Position numbers and translations under genes: made by a program. A stretch of DNA of 63,571 nt, the filler included, from Trichosphaerium sp. ATCC 40318 (Eukaryota; Protista; Tubulinea), in assembly GCA_038496445.1 (NCBI GenBank). It is 3 parts of 3 records of this genome, joined end to end, with 100 filler letters (N's around TTAATTAATTAA, not from the genome) between each part and the next. Parts side by side here need not be neighbours in the genome. Positions count along the whole stretch, not along the records: positions 22,542 to 46,752 come from JALMLS010000101.1; positions 46,853 to 63,571 come from JALMLS010000236.1; 1 more part is not named here. One strand, given 5' to 3'. The notes beneath the pieces were generated by a model that was not told the origin of the DNA, did no database searches, and saw only the letters and a list, made by a program, of their open reading frames with translations. Shown here one piece after another: positions 39,446 to 51,720 of the stretch (its first letter is position 1; every line of letters begins with the position of its first letter).

Positions 39446-41676
39446 TTACTGCCAATTCAACTCACGTGTGTCAAAACTCAAACCAGGCCATCCTTTATCA
39501 TCATGAACGCTATGATGTGGCATAACATAGCCATACTTTGCATAGCTAAGTAGAAATGGTAACTTTGCAAAGTTACTTCTAAATGTGCCAACCCATCCAT
39601 CGCAATCGCTCATCATTATCATATTCGCAATAACTTGTATAGTGGGTAAATGACCTGAAACAAAAAAATAAGAGTCACATAATACTAGTAGCAGAGAAAA
39701 CGAACAAACAAAACCAGTTGACTAAAAAGAGACCAAAAAAAAAAAAAGAATGTCTACGAGCTTCAGGTGCAGAAAAATATTGCTACGTTCAGAAAATACT
39801 ATCCAAGAATGCGCAGGGTGTAAAACTTTGCGCATCCTTAAGCGTATGAAGCATACAACAAGTTCAACTACGGCACACTGGAACACTTAAAAATGACAAG
39901 AAAAAATATGGAAAAAGCGTAAGATCCTACTTGCTTACGCAAGACAGATGGTAAATTTAAGTAGATTACCTAGATGTTTATATTGCTCTACAAGCTGAGA
40001 CCCTCTGATATTTTTTCTCGGTTCCTCATTGTATATAACATCATAGCTTGTTGAATTTTTCATTACTTCAATAACTTCAGGATCATCTGTTGCTAAAAAA
40101 ATCCTATTGACATGCTGTCCTTTCGTTTTGTTGAAATGCTTTTGTAGCTTTGTAATACCATTAATAAACCCTTCTATAGGATGAAGCTTATTCTCAGTAT
40201 ATCCATCACCATGACGTATATGTAAACAAATCAAAGGATGTTGCCATTTAATTTTTTTTCGAATGTCCATTACTACCTCCATAACCTCAGGAAGTGGTTG
40301 CCACACGAAATGAAGAACCTGTGCATAGTACCAAAGAAGACCTCTAGATTTTAAAACATTATCAGTTTCAAGCGAGTACATTACAACAGAGTTAAAAAAA
40401 ACACATGATTGGTTTCGTTCATCACGTGATTTCGAAGAAACATGACACGTTTAATTTTTTTGGTTTGCTTTTGGCGTACCTCTTCGTTTTGCCAAACTTA
40501 GTTGTAGGTTTAGTGATAACAGGCGAATCAGGACGGAATATATCATACTTATCTTCACTTGTATTCAACTTAGAAACAAATGAGGGACAAATAGTGAATT
40601 GATTAAAGAAGCAGTCAAAGGTTTGCTTTGGGCATAATGACACGTGGGCATATTGAGATAAGCTACCACGCTGAAGTGAAATAGTTCTATTACTCTCAAA
40701 AGAGGATACCATAGAAGTAACCTAAGCGCAATTAAACATAATCAAGTACATTGATTTCATGGCCTTTCACTGACTGGAACTTTTTGAGTTCAGCTTTTAA
40801 ACACGTAAATTAATTCCCGTCTTACCACGCGCCACATGTCTGCGCCAAGCCCTCCCCATCTTGGAGCAATTTGCAATAAGCGATTGCACTTTGATTCCAT
40901 TTGATAATTCCAAAGCCATTGTTGCATTTTCCACTTTTCCTCGCTTTCAATATAATCCTTTTCAGTTTGTATCCATGTTGTGTAGTGACCTTATATCGAA
41001 GTTAAGTAAAAAAATCCACTTCAAGAATATATGTGTGGTTGACACGGAATAGCGCCAATATTATTCAACGCAACATGGATCTTTTCGTGAAATCACGTGT
41101 GCATCGTTAACATCCTTACAGGGTTTTTTTTCGCCAATGAGGTGTATTTTGAGCCTGGATGATAAAGCAATGGTGCAACGTCACAACAAAGATATGCTTT
41201 AGAGCTAGAAATAATAGTGCTATCCCGAGTCAACCACTAAATCCTTTCAGCGAGTTTCTCTATTTTTTTTTCAAGCAACACAAAGAGAAACTCCGAGAGT
41301 TTTATTCAAATAAGCCTGTCACGTGTTTGTAATAGGTAAACGTACTTATAAAATCAGCGTTTCCTACATCACGTCACTATCCAGAGATATTAATTGAAAA
41401 ATACTTACCAGACGCTTTTAGTATAGGATTATCGCGCTCCCACGTGATTTTATGTTTGTCGAAGCTTTCTTCCGTTGTTTTTTCTGTTGTATCACGTAAA
41501 TTAACATCACGTGGTTCTTCGACGCTGGTATCATCTATTCCAGCGATTTTATCATCTATAGGCTCTACTATGACGAGTATTGGGTTGTTTTCTGTTATAA
41601 GAGATGCGTAATTGATTAGAAACACTGTGACAAGGCCTACAGAAGCAAGGGTGATGATAGTCTTAGTACGCGCCAT
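39446..41676 (-). CDS. Alpha-1,6-fucosyltransferase-like (GT23, FUT8/NodZ type), type II membrane protein
   Basis: N-terminal TM anchor; ICLHIRHGD, IFLATDDPEVI, MSDCDGWVGTFRSNF motifs. Confidence 0.82.
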
Positions 41677-42066
41677 TGCCAATGCCCACGTGGCGACTGA
41701 AGACAGAAAGCGAACTTAATCATATAGCACTACCCATTTAAGCCATGAGCTCTGAAACAAGTGCTACTTGGTCCTTCATCTTATAAGAATTGCGTGGTAT
41801 CCATGTACTGTTTCACCTGTGGAGATTTGTGAATACAAATATTGGCGAAGCTGAAACGTAACTAGGGAAATGTCAAACAAAATAAGGAAAAATCCACAGC
41901 CGCACAACAAGTGCTTACATCCATTGCCAAAGAAGCTTGTAAATACAAGCTTCAGCCCAAAATAGCTTTTACTACATCAACAAGAAGGAATTTAAGGATA
42001 GGTAAAAACTTGTTGACCAACACTATGACTTGCTATCAAGTAGTATTTGCAACGGGTTTTTTTTAT

Positions 42067-44590
42067 TCAGCTTTTTTTTACAGATGACCACTTCTTAACG
42101 TGTGTACATTTAAAGTTTCTGAACCTACCCAATTGTTGATGTTGAAACAAACCAACAGCACCACAACCTCCTGATGCTATACAAACTGTACCAACATTTT
42201 CACCCTTACAAAATATTTCCACTTTTCCTTTTGAGCTTTTCACGTGTAGCTTGACTGAGAACCACTCTTTATCAGGTACAACTGTCTTGTACGTTGTCAC
42301 ATAATTTAAGGTACCTTCTTTATCTACCGTAGCGTACTGAACAGCTCTGTCCGTATCGCTTAAATGTGGTCTAAAATAGACAACAAAAAATGCTACAAAA
42401 AAAATCAGTGATTAAGAGTATTCTGTAAAAGAACTTACATTTATCTTCCTTGGCATGAAAAACAATACCAGGGTGTCCGAATGGGTTCTGAATGGTAGAC
42501 TTGTTGTATAAATCGCACTCTATAATATAGTCATGCCAGTTGTATTCACCATAGACGATAAACAAAGGTCTCTTGTCTATGCAACGCTGATAAAGTTCGC
42601 CATTATGATTTACATCCCATTGACCCTCGTGATACTTAGCTTGTAGACTGAGAACATCTATAACCTCCTGTATAGGATAAGAATAAAGTAAGAACAACAA
42701 CGAAGGAACTTCTTAAATACCATATGCCTCAAGATGGCCGTGAAGCCTTCTATCTGATAAAAATCAGCCTCCTCGTTTAGTCTCTTGCACAAGACTTTGT
42801 CTTTTGAGTCATAACAAATAGTCCCATTGCGAAGGTAGTTCAGGACGTAATTGAAGAGCTCACCGTCTCTATCAATGAAAACTGAACCGTCTTCTAGCTT
42901 TTTGACACCAAAACGACCACTGTCTCAATGTCAGTTAACCATTTAACTCTTACGTGTAGTAAATATTAGCAAAACGTCTTCTTTTTGTGCCTGCATACCT
43001 TTTTACGTGATGGACATCAGCGCTCTGTACGCCAAAGTGCAAAATAACGCATACAGGCAAAATGCAAAAAGAGCTGCAGAAAAAGCCCGTAGACTACAAC
43101 CGTAGCAAAGAAAACGCTGCCAAACAGCGTGCCTATCTAGTACAAATCTCTGAGAGCCTTTTCAAAGTAAAACAACAAGGTTGGGAAGTGTTAAATGAGG
43201 AATTCCACTCCATCAAAGAGTCAAAGCAAGTTCAAGTATCAGAACCTAATTTTGCGTTGTTTGACAGAGGGAATATAAGAAATTACTCAGTTAAATCTAT
43301 TTGTTCAAAGCTGGTTTTGATAAGAGTCTGGGAATATCTTGCAACATGCTCTGAAGCTCAACGAGGTATTATATACACTGCCTGAACAAAAAAAGGTGTC
43401 AAGTTAAATTCATTTTGGAAGACGCCAATAGCTGTTTCTGAGATTATGAAATATTTTGGAATTCTGTGGCTGTATGAACTAGAATCAGAGTGGACTCTCT
43501 TTAAAAGATGTTAAAGTATTGCAGGAGAAAGAAAAAATCCTTCTCAAACCCCTCCCTGATGCTGTTGAATATCATTGCATAGATGAATGTAAATTTGAAA
43601 ACAAAGAAATTGATGGACCTGAAATGATTTTGTGTTTTGATTGTGAACTTTGGTATCACACTGAATGTCTTAATTGGGATTCTGAGGAGCACCAGAAAAA
43701 CGTTGAGGGCGATTCATGGTCTTGTTACAACTGCAGCAAGCAACAAGCAAAAAAACAACAAAAAATATTGAGATGGACAGAGGAAACTCTAAAATCCAAA
43801 CACAAACCAGAGCTTCAGTCTATATGCAAGGAGCTACTACTTAAATCAGATGGCTACAAGCCTGTTTTGATCAATCGCATTCTTCGAGCCACAAATCCAA
43901 ATCTACTTGAAAATGCAGAAAAAGAGCTTGATTTATTTGTAGGCCGTCCCAGAACTGACAAAGCCTTTTTGCATTCCTTTTATAAGGCCAAATTTTGCTC
44001 TGTGGATAAGGCCAACCAGCTGCCATGGTGTAATGTTGAAAAGGGTCGGGTGCAAAATGAGAAATGTCGCATGATACAAGGTCTTATGAAACTGACCTTA
44101 ATATCTTTACATGCCATTATCGACAGTATGACACCTGATAAAACGCCGAAATTCACCACTAGTAGGCGCAAGGCTGCTAGCTTGCTATTCAATGTAACTT
44201 TGTACACAAAAGATCACATCAGTAAAAATAAATGACGAAATACTTTTACTACACGTAACTTTTTTTTTTACTACACGTAAGGAGTTTAATCTCTTGTATC
44301 CCTACATACCTAAACATAGCTCCTAGCATAGAGTCTGGGTACTTTTGGAGGTTTTTTAACGAAACCCTATATTTAACACCGCCAACATCCAATAATACAT
44401 TCTCGTTGAATGTTTGTACGCTAGGTAGTGCGTTGTAAGCAAATAAAAAGTACAAAAAAAACACTTACATTGTGTTTATTTTCTGATACTTCCTCTCTAA
44501 CTCTTCAAGCTCTTGTATTCGCGTGTTAACTGCATCATTGAGTTTGTTGGCGAGTTCTTGTATCCCTTCCGTAATAACAGGCGGTTCCAT
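42067..44590 (-). CDS. KCTD-type BTB/POZ protein with C-terminal ConA/lectin-like beta-sandwich
   Basis: VLLDVGGVKYRVSLKNLQKYPDSMLGAMF|SGRF..VFIDRDGELFNYVLNYLR..EEADFYQI; WHDYIIECD..GAVGL; 1390-nt intron 44309-42920. Confidence 0.88.
42947..44285 (+). mobile_element. piggyBac-like DNA transposon (internally deleted/decayed) encoding PHD and SAP domains
   Basis: TTAA at 42943-42946 and 44286-44289; inverted ends CTC(C)TTACGTGTAGTAAA; extra subterminal copy at 44245-44258; FWKTPIAVSEIMKYFGIL and FYKAKFCSVDKANQL resemble piggyBac transposase motifs. Confidence 0.78.
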
Positions 44591-45004
44591 GAGTTTCTTG
44601 TTAATTTGAAAAAAGACAGCTTTGGAATCACGTGGACTTAACATGTTTTTAGCTAATGCGATTTTCTACAAAAAACGCTTAGAACTAGTGCACTTATTCA
44701 CATAAATAACAAAATACCCGTTTCAGTTACGTAATGATCGACATGTGACTGCTATGCGCCGAGTAGATCCATGAATTTTATATAAAACGGTATACCCGAT
44801 AATCACTCCACAACCAATGGATGATGTGAGCGAACATGATGTCAGGTTTTGAACGCAAAGTGATGGACCCTCTTAAGAGGGAATAATGTCCTTTGCTTGC
44901 TTGCTGACCACAAGGTTCGTACATACTGAAAGGAATCCATTTGTAGATTAATGTTTACATTCTTGTTGATGGTTTTTGGATAGTTTAAACCAAACAGTTC
45001 CGAA

Positions 45005-45333
45005 TAGAGGTGGACCGGCCCCAGCTAAGGCGGCTACAAAATCTGTAGCCGGTTAGCAGAAACTCAGTAAAATCTGTAATCGGGCCAACTGTTTAATGAG
45101 ATTTTGTTGGTGTTGAACCATGGCAACACATACTTTGTATCAGTTCTATGTGATCTCAACGGCTTTGAAGTTTGTTTATGTTCAATAAATAAAGGTACAA
45201 AACCAAGTATCAAGCAAAAAAATGCAGTCAAAAAAGGTTTGAGTTTTGCCTTATTTTCCTTTTCTTAGTACAGTTATACCCGGTCCCAACAACATAAACG
45301 GCTACGGCTATAGCCATTTTGCGACCACCTCTA
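45005..45333. mobile_element. hAT-like MITE (329 bp)
   Basis: TIR TAGAGGTGG..CCACCTCTA; 8-bp flanks GTTCCGAA / GTTCCGGA (1 mismatch); subterminal CGGCTA/TAGCC motifs; no ORF. Confidence 0.75.
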
Positions 45334-45421
45334 GTTCCGGATTTGATTTTATTGGTTGCACTTCTTACAGTACGTAAACGTTTTTGGTGGTGCCACTTAT
45401 GACTAAAGTGATGCTATGTAT

Positions 45422-46752
45422 TTATAGAGCATTGTTGCGTTTTGCTTTGATGACCTTGATACGTTCGAGTGGACTGAAATCAAGCTCTTTCAGCACATCT
45501 GAGGTGACATCATCAGGTTCAATACCTGCTTCATCCATCAATGATCCGAGTTCTTGTGCTTTTTCACTTGAAATACCCAACCTCATCAACGCTGACTTCC
45601 AATCAAATTTTTCAGTAATAATTGATTGATTCTCTGGAGGTGGACAGAAATCCGGCTAAATAAACGTGATTAACGTTAATCATAAAATCAGATAAAAGAG
45701 ATAGGCACCTTTGTGTCAGCAACTGAGAAGTGAGGTTTGTCAATCCATGATTGTTGAGATAAGAGCATGTTCTTATAGCTCGATGAAGGAGACCCATCTG
45801 TATCAAGCGGTATGCATTCGCCCTGTTATCCTTTAGACACGTAGTTTTGTGTTTAAGGTACGTACATTATCATTGATGTATTCTTCTTGATTTTGGTGTA
45901 TTTTTAAGGCTTCAAAGGCATCTTGAATCATATCAAGATGTTCAGGAGCATCTCCAAACTTGGTGTAATCACGATCGGTATCAATCACAGCTTTTGATAA
46001 GTACTTGTCTTTGTCTTCTTTTATATCATCTTTATCTATGGCTGTTTTATTGACCTTGTCATTTTGGTGTTCAAAGTGAGTTTGCTTAATAATGTGTCAA
46101 ATAAATAGAGGCATACGGATAAGATGACAGAGTTGAGTACCTTTTTGTGATTGTTGAATGTCAATTTTTGTGGTGAAGATTGTTCATAACTGTTGTCACC
46201 ATAACGATTCTTACCACCTGTAACCAATCTGAAATCATGAGATATTGCCAAGAAATGATATGATTTAAAGGCAAAGTCAAGATATTCTCCAGGTAATTTT
46301 AATGGTTTGTTTGATGAGAACCAATCAGTCCATTTCCCTTTACCCCATCCAAATAAACAACCTTCATCATCAATCGCAAATGATGACGATACACCAGCAT
46401 GTACAGATACGATGTTATTGAGTCCTTTGATGATACCGTGGTCATACTTGCCATCAATACCCAATCCAAGACACCCATTATAGTTGTATCCAAACGAAAA
46501 TACTTGTCCTGACTTGAGGAGAACAAGCACATGCTGAAAACCAATAGCAATACCAGTGCCATGTTCAATGTTTGGAACACGTGAAATTGTCTTTGGATTC
46601 AAGAATAATGCTTTGCCTTTTGCTTTGTCTTTTGTTGTTCCCCAAAGAAAGACGTGACCTGTTGATGTCATTGCTCCACTTACATAACAATTAGTTTCAA
46701 TTTTTTTGAAACATTTTGAAGATTGGGAATAACCGCTGGTGATGAAACAGTA
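45422..46752 (-). CDS. RCC1 + SAM-like protein (copy 3, 5' end lost in gap)
   Basis: Inverted paralog, near-identical to copies 1 and 2, with the copy-1-type tail. Confidence 0.82.
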
Positions 46753-46852
46753 NNNNNNNNNNNNNNNNNNNNNNNNNNNNNNNNNNNNNNNNNNNNTTAA
46801 TTAATTAANNNNNNNNNNNNNNNNNNNNNNNNNNNNNNNNNNNNNNNNNNNN
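46753..46852. other. Assembly gap with synthetic TTAATTAATTAA linker
   Basis: N-run with central ttaattaattaa. Confidence 0.97.
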
Positions 46853-48167
46853 AACACTGTACACATATTGGTGAAACTGTTCCCTGTCCTGTTGCTCAAG
46901 ATGTACTTTTATTTTTTATTTCTTTGTTATTTTTTTTTGACGGTTTTTATCACCTTTGTTCTTGCTCTCGACTTATGTTTAAATACTTAGGAGTCAAGGC
47001 CAGAAGATATTCATAACTGTCAAGTATACTGTGCAGAATATAAAATACCAACACTCAACCCAGAGTTCGAACATTTTACTCGTATTCTTCCAGGTACAGG
47101 AAAAAAGTTTTTTTTAATCACTTTGACATCTGTGCTTTATCTAATATTAATCATTATTTCAGGTGTTGATATGCCTACACAAGTATTAGCTCAAGGCGCT
47201 GAAAGAAATCTAACAAAAACACCGTACGTGGTCTTAATGACTGTACAACAAAAAAAACCAAACTTAGTTTTCTTTGTTTCACAAGCAATTCAAAAAGGTT
47301 GGTTTTAATATTTTTTCCTCTGTAGATTCAAGATGTTACGTGTCATCAAACATGTTCTTGGTATGCCTACACATTCTAGAGGTAGAGGTAGAGGCAGAGG
47401 AGGATATCACTCAGGACCTATGCGTAGAAATAGAGGTACGGATTAGCTTTTTGTTATTTAAGCTAACGAATGGTACCTTATCAGGTGGACACAACCGCTA
47501 TGAGCCTTATGGTCGTGGTGGATACAGGAACCGAGGCAGAGGCGGACATCGTGGTCGAGGCGGATACGGAGGCCGAGGTAGAGGAAGAGGAAGAGGCAGA
47601 GGCGGTTATGGAAACCGTGGCGGATATGGTGGTAATAGAGGACACCAAGGAGGTTACGGAGGTAACCAAGGCGGTTATCAACAACAAGGCGGTTATAGAG
47701 GTAACCAGGGCGGTTACGGAGGAAACCAAGGTAATCAAGGTTATGGAGGTCGCCAAGGAGGTGGATACCAAGGAGGTAATCAAGGTTATCAAGGCGGACA
47801 TCAGCAACAAGGTGGTTACGGTAACCAAGGTGGATATCAAGGAGGTAATCAAGGCGGTTATGGAGGAAACCAAGGCGGTTATCAAGGAGGTAATCAAGGC
47901 GGCTATCAAGGAGGTCCTCAAGGTGGATACGGCGGTAATCAAGGTGGATATCAAGGACAACAAGGTGGATATGGTAACCAACGTGGTGGATATAATCAAG
48001 GCGGACGTGGCGGTCGTGGAGGATACAGAGGAAGAGGTATATTGTTTTTTTCACTGTTTTGTCTTTCTGTCGTTTATGGGTTGTTTGTTTATTCTTTTTT
48101 TATTCTAGGCGGTTATAATCAAGGTAATCGTGGATATAATAATAATAATAGACGTGGTGGGTACTAG
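46853..48167 (+). CDS. 3' end of an XRN2/Rat1-like 5'-3' exoribonuclease with RGG/GYQ low-complexity tail
   Basis: GETVPCPV..EDIHNCQVYCAEYKIP..HFTRILPGVDMP resembles the segment C-terminal to the XRN2 catalytic domain; followed by RGRG and GGYQGGNQ repeats. Confidence 0.65.
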
Positions 48168-48869
48168 TAGCAACTAGTACTTTGACAGAAGAGAAATAAG
48201 AAAAAAAGAAGAAAGATTTACTTTTTTTGTTGATAAAGTTTGTATCGGATTGCAAACTTGTTAAACTCAACAAAGTGTGATTAGATTTTTAACTTCAACA
48301 ATTATTTTTCTTCGTTCTGGTGTTTTTAGCCACCTCAATATTTTTTTTGGTTGAGAGGTGCTATGTGTAAATAAAGTACAAATCCCTTCGCTACTTCAGT
48401 CATTAGTTATTTAATTGTTCCTGAACATGTTCCAGCAAGGAATCTTTGTTTCATATTATTCTCAATCTGTCACCTCAACAAGTTATTTAAAAATTCCTAA
48501 GCTACCTCTTTCACTTCAGTAATTGATAGGCATTAAAACAAAGGGTTCACACTGTTTTTACAAAATAATTTAATGCTACACAGCCTCATTTAACAGCACG
48601 TTTTAAAGCCAATAGAACGTATGGAACGCTTACAACAGGCTACAGTAATCACATATAGAATGCTGAGCACGGTATTTGAACTTTAACGACCAATTGAAAA
48701 CGGCATGCTAAAAACTGAGTTCACATTGTGTTTGCATTGGTCGCTATCATACAATTAATTTACATACGCTGTAATGGAAACAGTGATAATTGATCGTATA
48801 CAGACCGAAATATGGGTTATAATCCTTAATTTTATACCCGTGAGAGCAGTATGCGCTGTTCACACAATC

Positions 48870-49110
48870 AACCTGTGACACTTTGCTCTTGAATGGTTCC
48901 ATCAACATAAACAACTCATACACCATGGTCGTTCCATACCTTGCGTTATACTTCCTCTAGCCATCTATATAACGTTACTTCTCACGCAACATACCGTTTA
49001 TGAACGTCTTAAGCTCTCCATGACGTCTAACGTTGCTCCCAGTACTGAATATTTCTGGTTTTTTGAACTTAATGACTAGTTCGATAAGTAAACTGACCAG
49101 AAAGTTGTTT
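48870..49110 (-). pseudogene. Decayed F-box-like/MORN copy
   Basis: NNFLVSLLIELV..RRHGELKTFINGMLREK*RYIDG*..YVDG with in-frame stops. Confidence 0.45.
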
Positions 49111-49554
49111 TATGCATTCTGTATTTCATAAAACACTCTATGAGACCACAACAAAGTGATAGTTTGTTGCAGTTCCAAAACTGGCGCTTTCAAACTTGAG
49201 CACGTGTACAAAATAAAGTCTCTACAACACTTAACAGTTGGTATTGCTGATTTATTGGACTGCAATACAGCCTCGGCTACCGACCAAAAACTATTTCCAG
49301 AGTATATCATATAGTGTCTTATGACATAGTAGAGATGACAGTGTTTTTTTTACGCTTGCAAAAGTTTGCTACAACACGCTGTGGCGTGTACAAAGACTTC
49401 ATTTGTAGTAATACATTTTTCATTACCGAGGTAATATTTGAAATTAGTTAATGGAGGCCTCGCTTCCTGCAATGAAGATTGTAAAGTTTTTTTCGAACTT
49501 GTATATTGTTTTTATTTAAAACAATCTTGGTGGACACTAGCTCTGGTTCCCTTC

Positions 49555-50585
49555 TCATTCTCCCCAATCGAAGACTTGAATAGGAATCTTGGTTCAGGAT
49601 TTAGTTGTAACACATCGGAGACGAGAAAAACGTTGAAGGTACCTTAGTGTCATCTCCATGAAGTAAGTAGTCTTCTTCCATTCTTCTGGCTCTTTCTTCT
49701 TCTTCTGCTTTAACAGCTTGTGCCAAAGTAGCCTTTCTATCGTTTTCTTCACTTGATTTAATAACGCGCTCTTCAGCAATCTGGGCGTGTTGTTTAGACC
49801 GAAATTAAGAAAAAATACGATTTTTCTTACTCTTCTTCTCCGTTCCTTTTCCTCAGCGTCTTTGGTTGCTTGAAGTGATGTATGTACTTCAATAGGACCA
49901 TATTCTTTTTTGGCTACAAATACATTACAATCTGCATTCTCCATGCAGTATTTTGTTGTCGAGCCAATGAACATTCTAGTATTGAGTAATAGCAAAAGAG
50001 TATAAAGATGGTAGCTCTCGTTTGACGTACCTACTAAAACTTCCAATGTCTCTTCTTCCAATAACCATGTGATGTATTTTCTTTTCCTTGACCGCCTTCA
50101 AACCGACCTGTTAGTATCATCGGAGTCAAAAAATGTAGACACAGCTTACTTGGCATATTCCTTCACCGATGTGATTTGCCCATCCAAGCACTAAGCTTGG
50201 TTTCAAACCAACTTCGTTTGCTTTCGAGTAATACATTCTGAGAGTTCTTATGCTTCTTTTTTTCTAAAAATCAAGCACGTGTTACCAAACGACGGAAAAA
50301 AAGTTGTTTATTCTGAGTCATTTACTCCTTCAAGCGTACCACTTCCTCTCTCATCGTTTCTAAGCTTGTCATTGACATTGGTGTTAATCCAGTATAAACT
50401 GTATTAAAATCTTCAGCCGCTTTATACAAGAAGAGCTCGTCGTTCTTCTGATCCATCATTGATAGAGCCTAAAGTTTCTTTTAGCATTTGATCGTTTTTT
50501 CGGGTTTCGTTTTTTAACCGCATACTATGTTGAAAGCCCACTGAGCGTATTTAGATTCATCTACTGCTACTAACCAATTTGCCAT
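49555..50585 (-). CDS. Universal stress protein (USP) domain protein with charged helical tail
   Basis: WLVAVDESKYAQWAF..HMVIGRRDIGSFSRMFIGSTTKYCMENADCNVFVAK. Confidence 0.9.
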
Positions 50586-50969
50586 ACTGTGCTGCTTTGA
50601 TCGTTGTGTTCTGGAAAAGTCAGAAAAGTGAAATATTTAAAGTTTTACACATTCCGATACCTCTAAGAATGTTGATAATCGGGAAACCAGAGAAACGTTG
50701 GTGAGAATCTTCAGGCTCGCGGACGTTTGGAAAGGTGGTCCCGAATACAGGACCCTGATTTTTCTCATCAAAGAGCTGGCACTCATCGGTGTCGCCTCTC
50801 CTCAGCTCTGTCGGAATTTTTAAATTGGAAATAAAATCAAACGTACAACTTACTGTTGGAAGGAAAATAAGGTTGGTACAAATGCACAAGATTCGTTGCA
50901 ACACCGCATTTAGTCGAATGGGATATGCAATGTAGAATCGTCAAGCAGGTCTATGCTGTATATTCACTT

Positions 50970-51413
50970 TTAAACCGGAAGAGGTTGTACAAGTTCTACG
51001 GGAACAGGATTTGCTTTTTGCCTTGTTATTTCACGGCAAAAACTGATATTAATAGTGTGTACTCCTGCCAACGCCTTCAAACCCTCATCTGTAACTTTTG
51101 TATGTTCCAAATTAATACCACATACTCCAGCTAATGCTTTGATACCCACGTCTGTTATTAAACGGCAAAAACTGATATTAATAGTGTGTACTCCTGCAAT
51201 TAAACGCAAGTCACTGTCGGTTGGCTCAAATCGTCCAAAAGAAATTGGTGTATTTTGCAGTAATGGACTACCAGAAAGCAGCGAAACTCCGTGGTTGCAA
51301 TTAACAATGATTTCATTGTATCCAACATGGTTGTGAACGATATCACGGAGAAAGTGGCAAGTTTGGGCTGAATCAGAAATCCAAACAACAGTTTTAATTA
51401 CAGCCGAAGTCAC
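50970..51413 (-). pseudogene. Truncated paralog of the LRR protein at 1020-1805
   Basis: SAQTCHFLRDIVH and IAGVHTINISFCRLITDVGIKALAG; repeats stop abruptly; no clear ATG or F-box start. Confidence 0.7.
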
Positions 51414-51720
51414 ACTTTACCAATTTATAAATTAACAGAGCTTATGGTCTTGGCCATCTCACAATCTTATTGTTTTATGTTGACTTAAGTCTTGTCTTAC
51501 ATCTTCTTGAAGGTTGGTGTCAGGACCGTAGTTGATATTTGACCAAATGATGCAGATACAAGTCGACAACAATTCAGTCCAACTTTAGTTATTGTAAGTA
51601 GTTGTCTTTGCCATAAGCCATTTTTCACAGAACAGCACGTGGCGTAAAACTCCAAGTAAGCACCTTGTCTTGCTTTGTCTGTTATTTAACATTATTGTCA
51701 TCGGCTGCTCTAGCTGGGTT

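Noticed and set aside
46690-46725. Frameshifts in RCC1 copy 3 as pseudogenisation
   Set aside because: Extra bases sit in homopolymers at a contig end and are probably sequencing error; the frameshifts near 9780 and 37342 also need read-level confirmation
47458-48108. Overlapping long ORFs in alternative frames and strands
   Set aside because: By-products of the low-complexity GGYQ repeat
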